Positions 40,960-53,250 of a stretch of DNA of 64,000 nt are shown here, piece after piece; position 1 is the stretch's first letter; each line of letters opens with the position of its first letter. Where the stretch lies: contig OX597817.1 in NCBI GenBank assembly GCA_951406725.2, forward strand, positions 165,106,001-165,170,000. Reading direction: 5' to 3'. The stretch is from Octopus vulgaris (Eukaryota). The notes beneath the pieces were generated by a model. That model worked only from the letters and a program-made list of their open reading frames with translations, did no database searches and was not told where the DNA came from. The translations under genes were made by a program, and so were the position numbers.

Positions 40960-41387
40960 GGCGCAGGAGTGGCTGTTTGGTAAGTAGCTTGCTAACCAAC
41001 CACATGGTTCCGGGTTCAGTCCCACTGCGTGGCATCTTGGGCACGTGTCTTCTGCTATAGCCCCGGGCCGACCAATGCCTTGTGAGTGGATTTGGTAGAC
41101 GGAAACTGAAAGAAGCCTGTCGTATATATGTATATATATATATATAAGTGTGTGTGAATATGTTTGTGTGTCTGTGTTTGTTCCCCTAGCATTGCTTGAC
41201 AACCGATGCTGGTGTGTTTACGTCCCCGTCACTTAGCGGTTCGGCAAAAGAGACCGATAGAATAAGTACTGGGCTTACAAAGAATAAGTCCCGGGGTCGA
41301 TTTGCTCGACTAAAAAGGCGGTGCTCCAGCATGGCCGCAGTCAAATGACTGAAACAAGTAAAAAGAGTAAAAAAAAAAAAAAAAAGA

Positions 41388-41388
<1 letters not shown>
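40960..41388 (+). mobile_element. SINE family A, full length
   Basis: GGCGCAGGAGTGGCTGTTTGGTAAG...GGTTCAGTCC...GGCGGTGCTCCAGCATGGCCGCAGTCAAATGACTGAAACAAGTAAAA. Confidence 0.92.
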
Positions 41389-41438
<50 letters not shown>

Positions 41439-41792
41439 TCGTTGCAGCAGAAAATTCAACAAAATCTGTTACTCTGAGTTTCTCGTTGCCGTCCATCAGA
41501 CAGTTTTTGCTAGAATGGAACTGATATATCAATTCAATCTATACTACAAACGCTACACCTTTAAAAAGAAATGGACTTGTTTGATTGGCCTTTAGAAAAA
41601 ATGCGGTCAATCTTCGAGCGATGTACAAAAAGGTCAAAAATATATGTATATAAATATAAAAATACTTTATAAAAATTATAAAATCCGAGGAAAAAACCGA
41701 GGAAAAAACCTATTGCCGTTAATATATATATATATATATATATATATACCATTGGTGACGTCCTGTACCCATATATTCATGTATATTTATAC

Positions 41793-41854
<62 letters not shown>

Positions 41855-42551
41855 TCTATTTATTATTTAATTGAACGCGACGCATCCATTGCAAAGTAAG
41901 TATATATATATACACGTGTGTGTGTGTGTATGTATGTATGTATGTATGCGCTGGCACACACACACACACACACACACACACGCATGTGTATATATATATA
42001 TATATATGAAATGCCAATCATTGTCACAGCTGAATAGGTAAAATGCCTATACCTTGTTTCTGAAAGTAGAGTATAATTTTTTTTATAATTAATGTAGTTC
42101 TCTTGTTATGCCAATATGCCACGAAACGTTATGTAATTTGACATGAGACAAAATATTAGAGAAAGATTTCTGTTAGGAAAGCAGTTTCGGGTTGTTGACG
42201 TTTCTCTATTTAGATATCGCTCTTGGTCACACGTCTCTCGCCTTGCTTACCTACTTAAGTGGTGAGCGTTGCACCAAACACAACATCAGTGTTATAACCA
42301 GTGATGTAGACATTTATTTTCGTTTTTGAGCTGTATTATCTTAGTAGAACACTCAGTGAATTAATTTACAGAGCAGGTGCAACTCCTGGTATTTTCAGGG
42401 AACTTGCCTAGACGTATTAAAAATGTATATGCAAATACTCATTGAAGGTCTTAAACATTGTTGCTTATATCTGTTGGTAGACATAAGCACCGATCAGCAA
42501 ACAGTTTGTTCGCCGAAACAAAGCCAGTGGATTACTTCCGGCTCAAAGGTC

Positions 42552-42611
42552 CGGGTACTTCTGACTGACGAGACACAACATGTCGAAACATCAGTGTCCC
42601 AGATCCCCATG
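42552..42611 (+). ncRNA. Type I hammerhead ribozyme (Sm-alpha-like)
   Basis: GGGTACTTCTGA-CTGACGA-GACA-CAACA-TGTC-GAA-ACA-TCAG-TGT-C^CCAGATCCCCA: core complete, stem II GACA/TGTC, stem III ACA/TGT, GUC cleavage triplet at 42596-42598, stem I TCTG/CAGA with an A.C mismatch at the first pair. Confidence 0.75.
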
Positions 42612-42969
42612 TGGCCATGAGCTGAGTGTGTTGAACATAATGTCGTCGTAAAAGAGATAAATTATTATTTTTTGACGTACATAACAATAACAGCCATAGT
42701 TTATATCTAAACCTGCATAGACGCATTATAAATAAATATTATGTAAATAAACGTTCCAGATCTCAGTGTAAATAACGATATATATATATATATATATGCT
42801 TTCGGTGCGAAAGGTTTTCTATAAGGCGCCGTTTTTTACAACCCTGTCAATAATAATAATGGTATTTTATATAAGCTTAAATCTTATGGCGATCACAGTG
42901 CGATGACTAAGGAAAATAAGTCAAATAAAGGGGCATATAAGCCCTCGACAGAAAAAAGAAGACTTTCCT

Positions 42970-43038
42970 AACCGAGTGGGAGTCGAACCCACATCCTTTT
43001 ATTAACGCGACTTAGTGTGTTACCTTTTCACCAGGGTC
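42970..43038 (-). pseudogene. tRNA-like Pol III head (degenerate tRNA or SINE head)
   Basis: A-box TGGTGAAAAGG with D stem GTG/CAC, T arm GTGGG-TTCGACT-CCCAC; anticodon arm does not pair. Confidence 0.5.
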
Positions 43039-43402
43039 TCATATGTTGTCATTCATTTTTCATATATATATATATATGAGAACATTTTGTAAACGAACTT
43101 ATGTGCGCCGACTGAATCGGTATTCTGTAGAACATAAAAGAATTCTCGAACGTGGAATGGTTGTGAAGATAGCTTAGAAAATCGGCTAAATATCCTTTAG
43201 AAAAACGATAAAGTGGCCGCGTCTCTATACGCAAATAAACGCACACAGACATTTGTCATTGGATTATCACGAAATTGCCCAAGTATTTTTGTTGTCTATA
43301 ATATAAACTTATGTATATTTCAGTAATTAAAAAATCTTATGCGCATAAAATCTGTTGTATGTTCCAAAGATAACGAAAAATCTTTTAGTGAAGAAAAAAA
43401 AT

Positions 43403-43960
43403 GTTGCGAGGAGGCCAGATGTTTTGATGTGGTGTGAAAGAAGGAAAGTTGTAAATATAGTCGAGCTAACGGTTCCTCATGAAGATAATATGGACGCCGC
43501 TCGGGCTCGAAAATTGAACCGTTATGTAAACCTCCTCGAAGAATGTGAAGACGCAGGCTGGAAAGCGGAACATTTTCCAATCGAAGTCGGTTGTAGAGGG
43601 TTTGTTTGACACAGCGTGAGACGACTGTTGTTATCGCTAGGCCTAACTCATCGTAAAGTCAATACCACCATGACTGATATCCAATCTACAGTGGAGAAGG
43701 CTAGCCACTGGATTTGGTTAAAAAGAGACGATGAGCGATGGCTAGAAGGATATTGAGTTTAACTTCATAACCAGCTGATCTGGCAAGCGGGGCCTCATAT
43801 CAGTGAAAGGGGCCGGTGCGCATTGATGCCGTCGAGAGGTACAACCCGAAACGGCGCGCATTCTCTCCTGATGACCCCATACACTTGCTGGCTTCCGGTA
43901 TACGGAGCTTTTGACTGGTAGCACTTGCATGTGCAAGTTGTTTGCAAGACATCTACTTCA
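43403..43960 (+). mobile_element. 5'-truncated HERO/NeSL/R2-group retrotransposon: restriction-like endonuclease C-terminus plus 3' UTR
   Basis: RPDVLMW...IVELTVPHEDNMDAARARKLNRY..L..C...GW.....PIEVGCRGFV*HS...LLSLGL...VEKASHWIWLKR (PD..E RLE motif); a single nonsense codon at 43607-43609 where Gly is expected; true stop at 43754-43756. Confidence 0.88.
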
Positions 43961-44926
43961 CTCGGCTCATACAAACCATCAGCCCTCCTCTCACAGAATA
44001 TTTTGCCTTCACCATGAACCCACACAGTGACAGATCTCATTGAACACTAATTCAGAGGCATCAGTTATCCATTCTCTGTTAGCTATCAAACAACATTCGC
44101 ACACAACTTCAACTTCTAACGTCAGACATGCACTTCTTGCGTGATCAAAGGTCTTGAAAATTTGCTCTAATAGAGGGAGGATGTGTCATACCAACAAAAT
44201 CATCTCACTGAGCTCTATCAAGACTCTGCCTCAGCTTACACTATAGAAACACATTCGAAATACAAAACAATCGGGGAAGCCCTCTGTTAAGTTTGCCCCC
44301 ATACATAACAGCCAAATCTCCTTCGTATCTAGGTACTGAATTTGACAGAAGCCTCACGATTGATTACAAGTCTGTTCCAGGTACGACTCATAATACTTAA
44401 AGCCAGATCCTGCAGCTTTTAAAATTAAAACAATCTGAGGGATATAGGATATGTAAGTAAGCTATTCCCAGCTCTCGCATGAAACACGGAAAATTTATTT
44501 CAAAATTTGATTCATATGCTTTCAGTTGTATATCTTAGGCTCGCATTGCACGTCTCGCATTTATTGAAGCAACGAAGCTTATCTGTTCTTGCTATTCTGA
44601 ACACCAACACTTGCAACTCAACGTGACTATTACTTTCATAAAATTCTGTCATGCAAAAACTTTCATAAGCCATGTGAAATTTATTGCAGACTTCTAGAAG
44701 AATTTGGTAAGTTTCACTTGTGTAAAGTCTAGGAAATGTAACGTGTGGACTCTTGCTTTTCATCTGAGATAGAAGGAGCGATAAAATGGCTGTCATTTTG
44801 TTGTAAGGCATCTTTATCTCTTTATAATGTTTGAATTTGATCATCAGTGCCACTATTTATGACAAAGAGACCTCATGACTAATTCTTGACAAACTAAAAA
44901 TAGCAGCCAGTTCTTTAAACTATATG

Positions 44927-45172
44927 GAGGTGCGTGGCTTAGTGGTTAGGTTGTCAGCATCATGATCGTAAGATTGTGGTTTCGATTCCTGGACCGGGCG
45001 ACGCGTTGTGTTGTTGAGCAAAACACTTCATTTCACATTGCTCCAGTCCACTCAGCTGGCAAAAATGAGTAACGCTGCGATGGACTGGCATCTCGTCCAG
45101 TTGGGGAACACATAAGCTATTGAATCCGGGAAACCGAGCCCATGAACCTAGCTAGGCTTTAAAAGGGCGCAT
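44927..45172 (+). mobile_element. SINE family C with a third tail type (Z)
   Basis: Same head and body as 12270 but ending GCCCATGAACCTAGCTAGGCTTTAAAAGGGCGCAT. Confidence 0.8.
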
Positions 45173-46164
45173 TTATTTTTATTTATTTTCTTTTCTTTAA
45201 ATTATGCTTCGAGGAAGCCACTACGCTGTTGTTTGACTTCCTAGAAATAGTAGACGAATTTTCCCATTTCTCACTCTATACTTTTTAAAAAGAACACATG
45301 AGATACTGTGGTTCTGGATACCCAGTATATAGGAAGACGATGGGATGGTCACAGCTGGATTACCTTTGGTTATTGGCTTTCTCAGCAACAATAACAAAAG
45401 ATTTTCTTATCCAAAAGCAAACAACTACCAGCCTCCTCCTCACCAGAACTTTCATCATACCCAAGTATCTTTACGCTATATCTCGTCACCGTAACTCCAC
45501 CCCCATTGAACCCAACACTAAGGCAGTGAACACTATCACAACCTTCTTATTGACGTAACAAATGACTGACAGGGTTTAGGGGACGGAAGGGTGAAGACTG
45601 AAAAAGGGGACGTCACGTGTGTGACCTTTACAGATAAGTCACCATGTCCGACTGATCATGACGGATACAGAACATTTAATCTCGTCCCAGCATCCCTGAC
45701 GACGGTGAGGGAGGGGGGTGAAGTGTGGTAGAAGGTGGCGTTAAGAAAGGGGTCACTCATAAAAAATGTCTTACTAAAGTAGATGGGAAGCAAAGTTGAG
45801 TGTTGATGTAGGATACATGACAAGCTTGTATATATGAAACTAGTGTATGTGTAAGCATGTGTATAAATCAGTATATATATATATATATGAGCATGTGTAT
45901 ATATCAGTATGTATGTGTGTGTGTGTATATATATATATACATATATATATACATATATATATAACGAGAGAGAGAACATTTTTTTTTTTGGGGGGGGGAT
46001 TAAATCTTAGGTGATCTTCTTCTAGCATATTGGATGTCCACTTACTGGTTATCCCTTATTATACGCATGAATTAGAATTTTTCTGAATTTTCAGATTTTT
46101 CCATATGCTATGCTACTGGTTTTAAATTGATGTTAATTAAATCAATATTCAATTAATCGCCCTC

Positions 46165-46209
<45 letters not shown>

Positions 46210-46357
46210 ATTATAAAACCAATGTTGTCTTCGAAACATGTCGAAAGTAAAAGAATTTGAATAGCAACTGCGTTCCACTCCATTTATTTACTATATATAT
46301 ACTTGCATATATACATTCATACATACATATATATATATACATATATATATATATATT

Positions 46358-46389
<32 letters not shown>

Positions 46390-46402
46390 TACATATATAT
46401 AT

Positions 46403-46509
<107 letters not shown>

Positions 46510-47367
46510 AGCTTCCTTCAGTTTCCGTCTAATAAATTCACTCACAAGGCTTTGGTTGGCCCGGAGCTACAGAAGAAAACGCTTGCTCAAAGTGCCATGC
46601 AAAGGAACCGAACCATAAACCACAGGGATTGGAAGCAAGTTGCTTACCACACTGCCACATATTCAAAGTTATACAAAAGGAAGCAAAGTGTCAAGGTCGG
46701 TGGAGAGTCGGATAAATTTCCTTGCGCTATTCATTCCAGGCCTCTGCGCCCTTTGAGTTCAAATCCCTCCAAGATCTATTTTGTCCCATAATCCTTTTGG
46801 GATGCACAAATGAAAAAAAAAAAAAAACATTCCAGTACTATTTACGGTTCTTCTCTATTCTTTCAATTTTTCATTAGGAAGAAATCGACTGCGTTCAAAA
46901 CAGGAGAGGGACGGGTACTGTCACGTTTAAAATACCCAAGACACGCCGCATGTCACGATGGCGCCCCTTCGACTCCATTAGAAGTTCAGGGCCCGAGGAC
47001 GGGAATATATATGTAATATGTAAGCCGATATGTCTACGGTGTTTCTCAAAGACGGGGGTAAGAAGAAGGAGGATTTGGAAGGGGTGAACGAGGAGGAGGA
47101 ATGCTAGCTTATAGCTGCAAGAGAGTTCAAAGATTAATGAATGGCTGTTTATGTAAGACAAGTTTTCAAGAACTAATCGTCATTGGAGATCACGGTTTGA
47201 CTTTCATTCAACTGATAACAATTTGCATGGCAGACAGAGGTTTAGCTGTCACGTGATAGTAGTATGTGCGTGTTTCAAATGACTTACATTAGTTATAAAT
47301 CTTCATGTTATGAGATGTGTGAAGAAATTCAGAAGTGTATGTATATATATATATATATATATATATA

Positions 47368-47772
47368 GGCGTAGGAGTGGCTGTGTGGTAAGTAGCTTGC
47401 TTACCAACCACATGGTTCCGGGTTCAGTCCCACTGCGTGGAACATTGCGCAAGTGCCTTCTACTATAGCCTCGGGTCGACCAAAGCCTTTAGAGTGGATT
47501 TGGTAGACAGAAACTGAAAGAAGCCCGTCGTATATATGTGTGTGTATATGTTTGTGTGTCTGTGTTTGCCCCCCCCCCCCACCCCACATCGCTTGACAAC
47601 CGATGCTCGTGTGTTTACGTCGCCGTAACTTAGCGGTTCGGCAAAAGAAAACAATAAAATAAGTACTAGGCTTACAAAGAATAAGTCCTGGGGGCTGATT
47701 TGCTCGACTAAAGGCGGTGCTCCAGCATGGCCAGTCAAAAGACTGAAACAAGTAAAGGACTAAAAGAGTAGA
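47368..47772 (+). mobile_element. SINE family A, full length
   Basis: Matches the other family A copies. Confidence 0.92.
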
Positions 47773-47775
47773 GTA

Positions 47776-47809
<34 letters not shown>

Positions 47810-48129
47810 CATATCCGTGCAAGCGTCTGTGCATGTATGTATACATAGATGTGTGTGTGTGTGTGTGTGTGTGAGTTTGTTTCCCCACCACTGCTTGGCA
47901 ACCGAGGTTTGGCAAAAGAGGCCGATAGTATCAGACTTCAAGAAAGAACTTCTGTCGATTCGATCGCCTAAATTTTTTTAAGGCGGTGCCGCACTCTAAT
48001 GAATGAAACAAATATAAGCTAACAGACAAACCATACAACAGCCGCGTGCGAGCGCATTCGTTTTTGCGAATGTTTGGCACGTTTCTCAATGTTACCAACA
48101 GACTGACCGATAGGGAAATCAATCAATCG

Positions 48130-48189
<60 letters not shown>

Positions 48190-48190
48190 A

Positions 48191-48413
48191 GGGCGGTGAG
48201 CTGGCAGAATCGTTAGCAAAATGCTTAGCGGTATTTCGTCTGCCGTTACGTTCTGAGTTCAAAATCCGCCCAGGTCGACTTTGCCTTTCATCCTCTCGGG
48301 GTCGATTAAATAAGTACCAGTTACGCACTGGAGTCGATGTAATCGACTTCATACCTTTGTCTGTCCTTGTTTGTCTCCTCTATATTTATCCCCCTGTGGG
48401 CAATAAAGAAATA
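48191..48413 (+). mobile_element. SINE family B monomer in (TTA)n
   Basis: Family motifs present. Confidence 0.88.
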
Positions 48414-48430
48414 AATCATTATTATTCTTA

Positions 48431-48476
<46 letters not shown>

Positions 48477-48477
48477 G

Positions 48478-48858
48478 GAGACGCAATGGCCCAGTGGTTA
48501 GGGAAGTGGACTCGCAGTCGCACGATCGCGGTTTCCATTCCCAGCCTGGGCGTTTTGAGTGTTTACTGAGCGAGAACACCTAAAGCTCCACGAGGCTCCG
48601 ATAGGGGGGTGGTGGCGAACACTGTTGTACTCTTTCACCACAACTTTCTTCCACTCTTTCTTCCTGTTTCTGTTGTACCTGTATTTCAAAGGGGCCAGCC
48701 TTGTCACACTCTGTGTCACACTGAATCACCCAGAGGACTACGGTAAAGGTACACGTATCTGTGAAGTACTCAATCACTTGCACGTTAATTTCACGAGCAG
48801 GCTGTTCCGCTGATCAGATCAACTGGAACCCTCGTCATCGTAACCGTCCGGGTGCCAC
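48478..48858 (+). mobile_element. SINE family C variant (alternative body, tail X) in (TTA)n
   Basis: GACGCAATGGCCCAGTGGTTAGG head and GAGCGAGAACACCTAAAGCTCCACGAGG body; homologous to 59877-60250. Confidence 0.85.
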
Positions 48859-48861
48859 GTA

Positions 48862-48914
<53 letters not shown>

Positions 48915-48920
48915 TATTAT

Positions 48921-48970
<50 letters not shown>

Positions 48971-49192
48971 TTAGTAATTTTTTGCTAGCTTATTTTGTGT
49001 CTGTGTCTTTTTTCCTGGTGTTGTATGAACATTTAATTTGGTCTTCGAGTCAAGTTTTGACTGCTATCTCCAGAGTGGAGGTATCTCTTAGATACCCTAA
49101 ATTATAATTTTAAATATTTATTACCTTTGAAAGGTTTTTATTCCCATCGTGGCCACCTCATAAGATCGGTATTTAAATATCGATCTTATCCT

Positions 49193-49264
<72 letters not shown>

Positions 49265-49318
49265 AATTATAGATATTATTACATTGGTACCTTGTTGTGC
49301 CACTATTTCCTATCTATA

Positions 49319-49524
49319 CGAAGGTGTGCTGAAAAATTTCTGGATTTAAGGGTATCGCAAAAAGTCTGTTTGGAGACCCAGCCTTCTGATTCTTTTACAG
49401 GGCTTAGTAAAACTGAAGGACCACTGCAATAAGTGTGTGAATCTGAGAGAGGAATCTGTTGAATAAAATCATAATTAACTGATCATCCTGTATTTTGTTT
49501 TACCTGAAGCCATGAACCCCCTCA
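49319..49524 (+). mobile_element. Mariner-derived non-autonomous element
   Basis: TA|CGAAGGTGTGCTGAAAAATTTCTGG left end and AAGCCATGAAC-CCCCTCA|TA right end; internal GLSKTEG...NKCVNLREESVE* resembles a mariner transposase C-terminus. Confidence 0.65.
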
Positions 49525-49711
49525 TATACATTATAATGCACCCCTCATATACATTATATAATATATTTTAAATGTTCTCTTATGTCAAAATATTATAGCT
49601 AGCTGGAGTTAAGATACCCCAACTACCCTACTGGTAACATCTACTGAGACAGAAACGCGTATTCACAGCTGCAGTTTTGTCTACGGAATCGCCGTCAAAG
49701 AAGACATTATA

Positions 49712-50125
49712 GGCGCAGGAGTGGTTGTGTGGTAAGTAGCTTGCTAACCAACCACATGGTTCCGGGTTCAGTGCCACTGCCTGGCACCTTGGGCAAGTGT
49801 CTTCTGCTATAGCCTCGGGCCGACCAAAGCCTTGTGAGTGGATTTGGTAGACGGAAACTGAAAGAAGCCTGTCGTATATATGTATATATGTGTGTGTGTG
49901 TATATATGTTTGTGTGTCTGTGTTTGTACCCCCCCCCCCAACATCGCTTGACAACCGATGCTGGTGTGTTTACGTCCCCGTCACCTAGCGGTTCGGCAAA
50001 AAGAGACCGATAGAATAAGTACTGGACTTACAAAGAATAAGTCCCGGGGTCGATTCGCTCGACTAAAGGCGGTGTTCCAGCATGGCCGCAGTCAAAATGA
50101 CTGAAACAAGTAAAAGAGTAAAGAA
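49712..50125 (+). mobile_element. SINE family A, full length
   Basis: Matches the other family A copies. Confidence 0.92.
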
Positions 50126-50301
50126 TAAGTAAGTAAATAAATGAATAAATAAATAAATAAAGAGACGGTAATGGCGTGCCAGTTCTTGATTCTTCAAATT
50201 AACTTCCTATTTCATTCGGAGTCGGTCGCGTTTGTTTGTCTTCTTTCGAGGTGAAGATAGTTTAGAAAAAAAAAAAAAAATCATGAGTTGATATTGTGTG
50301 T

Positions 50302-50333
<32 letters not shown>

Positions 50334-50564
50334 TAAGTATACATCGCTTTCTCTTTGTTGTTCTTATTCATGTCACTGGCCATGTTCTTTCTCTTAGCTT
50401 ACTCCCCTTTGAAATATACTTACATTCATACATACATATATACATACGTACGTACGTAATATTTTATAATATATATGTATAATTCTCTATATATATTTAT
50501 ATCATACATATTATATAATATATATTTATACATATACACATACATATATATAGAAAACATATTC

Positions 50565-50602
<38 letters not shown>

Positions 50603-50651
50603 ATATATACATATATATATGCTTATACATATAGACATGTTACTGTATATG

Positions 50652-50691
<40 letters not shown>

Positions 50692-51204
50692 TGTACACAC
50701 ACACATACATATATATATATATGTATGAGTGTATATGTTTGTATATATATATGTGTGTGTGTGTGTGTGTGCGTGTGTATGTGCGTGTGTGTGTGCGTGT
50801 GTGCTTGTAAGTACACACGTGCTTGTAATTATCCTTCGTTGTTTTTTTTTTACCAGATTACTCCATTTATACAAAACAAAAACCAAAACAACCCCCCCCC
50901 AAAAAAACCCCTGAATTGTCATTACTAACATTTTGTCGTTTTTCTTAAAATTATGCATACCATTCCTATAATCTATGGAGACCATTGGTGTATATGGTCC
51001 CCTGTTTTTTTGGGGGACAAGGACCAATGCTTTCTTTAGCTTTTAAGCAAGAAAACGTGAGCGACACTTCGTAGAAGCTGTATGTGTGACTTCGTGTATG
51101 TTTACGTGTGTGTGTGTGTACGTGCGCATGCGCTTGTACCTGTATATTAGCGTGTGTGTATGTGTGTGACATCTAGTCCCATAGGACACAACAACGAGAT
51201 AAGG

Positions 51205-51290
51205 GTGTTTGTTCTCGCGAGATTTCCTCCAATTACTTGGCAGCCATGTGCAAACATCCGCCATCACTAATATCTTTGACACTGTCAGGT
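51205..51290. promoter_or_regulatory. Candidate promoter motif cluster (TCTCGCGAGA palindrome, CCAAT, YY1-like CCGCCAT)
   Basis: TCTCGCGAGA at 51213-51222, CCAAT at 51229 and CCGCCAT at 51257, in unique sequence next to a long GA/CT tract. Confidence 0.3.
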
Positions 51291-51755
51291 CAGAAGAGTT
51301 GAAAGGGAAGAGAAAACTAGAGTCAGTGATAGAGGTAAAGGGGGAGAGAAGGAGAGAGAGAGAGAGAGGGAGAGAGAGAGAGGAGAGAGAGAGAATGGAA
51401 GAGTGACAGAGAAAGTGAGAAAGAGAGAGACTCGGATCTTGAGATAAAAGGATAGAGAGATATAATCGGACAGAAAGATGGGTAGATAGGAGAGAGCTGG
51501 AGAAAGCTGGAGAGAGAGAGAGAGAGAGAGAGAGAGGGAAGAGAGAGAGCATAAGAGACTTTGAAGAGTGTATGTGTGTCACAGTGCGCGTGCGTGCGTG
51601 AGAGAGAGAGAGAGAGAGAGAGTGAGAGCAAGAGGAAGACAGATGGAAAGACGAGTGAAAAAGCTTGAAGGAGGGAGAGACAGCTGGTGGGAGGTAAAAT
51701 CCGAGGGAATGCAAGAGGGGGGAGGGAGAAGCTGAACAAAAGAAATACGAACACA

Positions 51756-51803
<48 letters not shown>

Positions 51804-52057
51804 GTGAGATAGAGAGAGTGGGGATACGGTTATGTAGAGAACTAGAGAGAGTTACGTGGAGTGAGTGTGAATGAGAGGGGGGGAAAGGCGAATCATTATC
51901 GCAAAACAGCAGCAGCAGCAACAACAACAGCAACAAATATAGCAGCGTATAACGTAAACAAAATTACAAATATCACATCTACGGTCATCAGCGTCATCAA
52001 TAAAGGAAGACTAACAACAACAATCACAATAATAAGAACAGCAGCAGCAGCAGCAGC

Positions 52058-52091
<34 letters not shown>

Positions 52092-52689
52092 CGAGCAACA
52101 GCAACGTGAGCAAGACTGGTAACCAGGAGCACATTGTATTAATATAACGCTTCCCTTACGTCTAACGACAGCAACAAATGCGTGGAGGCCCAATGGCCCA
52201 GTGATTAAGGCAGCGGTCTCGCGGTCGTAAGAACGCGGTTTCGATTCCCATACCGAGGCTCCGGCGGGGATGGTGGTGAGCCCGCTGTACTCTTTCACCA
52301 CAACTTTCTCTCACTCTTTCTTCCTACTTCTGCCACAAAGCAGAGGAACCATGGGGTAACCCACTATGGTGTGGTAAACTTTCAGACCCTAGTCCAGATT
52401 GCGATTCCTTTGTACCCGAGGATGGTTCAGCTCTTCACCCGTTAAAAAGCCACCGTTTACGGAATGAGGATAACAACGTAGCTTTCGCGTCGGTGCAACC
52501 GCCAGTCTATCGCGTATGGTGGGTGGATCTTCAAGTTGCCGCACGCTTTCTTAGTAGCTTAGAGTAGGCTCGAATTAGAGATTACTCTTTGTGGCTAATT
52601 GCGTGAGACCTGATTGGAAGAAGAAGTAACAACAGCGACAACAAAACTATCAACTTCAATAAACGTGGAGTAGTTTTGTTTTAGCTATA

Positions 52690-53250
52690 AGGCCTGAAAA
52701 TTTGAGCGAATGGGCTCGTTGGTTGCATCGATCCTCAATGCTCAGCTGGTACTTATTTTATCGACCTCGAAAGGAGGAAAAGCATAGTAGACGTCGGTGG
52801 AATTTGAACTCATAATGTAAAGCCAGATGAAATACCTATTTCTTTACCACTTACAAGTGGCTAAACACAGAGGAGACAAACAAGGACAGAAAAACGGATT
52901 AAGTCGATTATATCGACCCCAGTGCGTAACTGGTACTTATCTAATCGACCCCGAAAGGATGAAAGGTAAAGTCGACCTTGGCGGAATTTGAACTCAGAAC
53001 GTAGCGGAAGACGAAATACCTATTTCTTTACTACTTACAAGGGGCTAAACACAGAGGAGACAAACAAGGACAGAAAAACGGATTAAGTCGATTATATCGA
53101 CCCCAGTGCGTAACTGGTACTTATCTAATCGATCTCGAAAGGATGAAAGGCAAAGTCGACCTAGGCAGAATTTGAGCTCAGAACGTAACGGCAGATGGAA
53201 TACCACTGAGCATTTCGCTCGGCGTGCTAACGTTTCTGCCAGCTCGCCGT
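52690..53250 (-). mobile_element. SINE family B trimer
   Basis: Junction GAAATACC|TATTTCTTT at ~52835 and ~53020; head at 53250. Confidence 0.88.
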
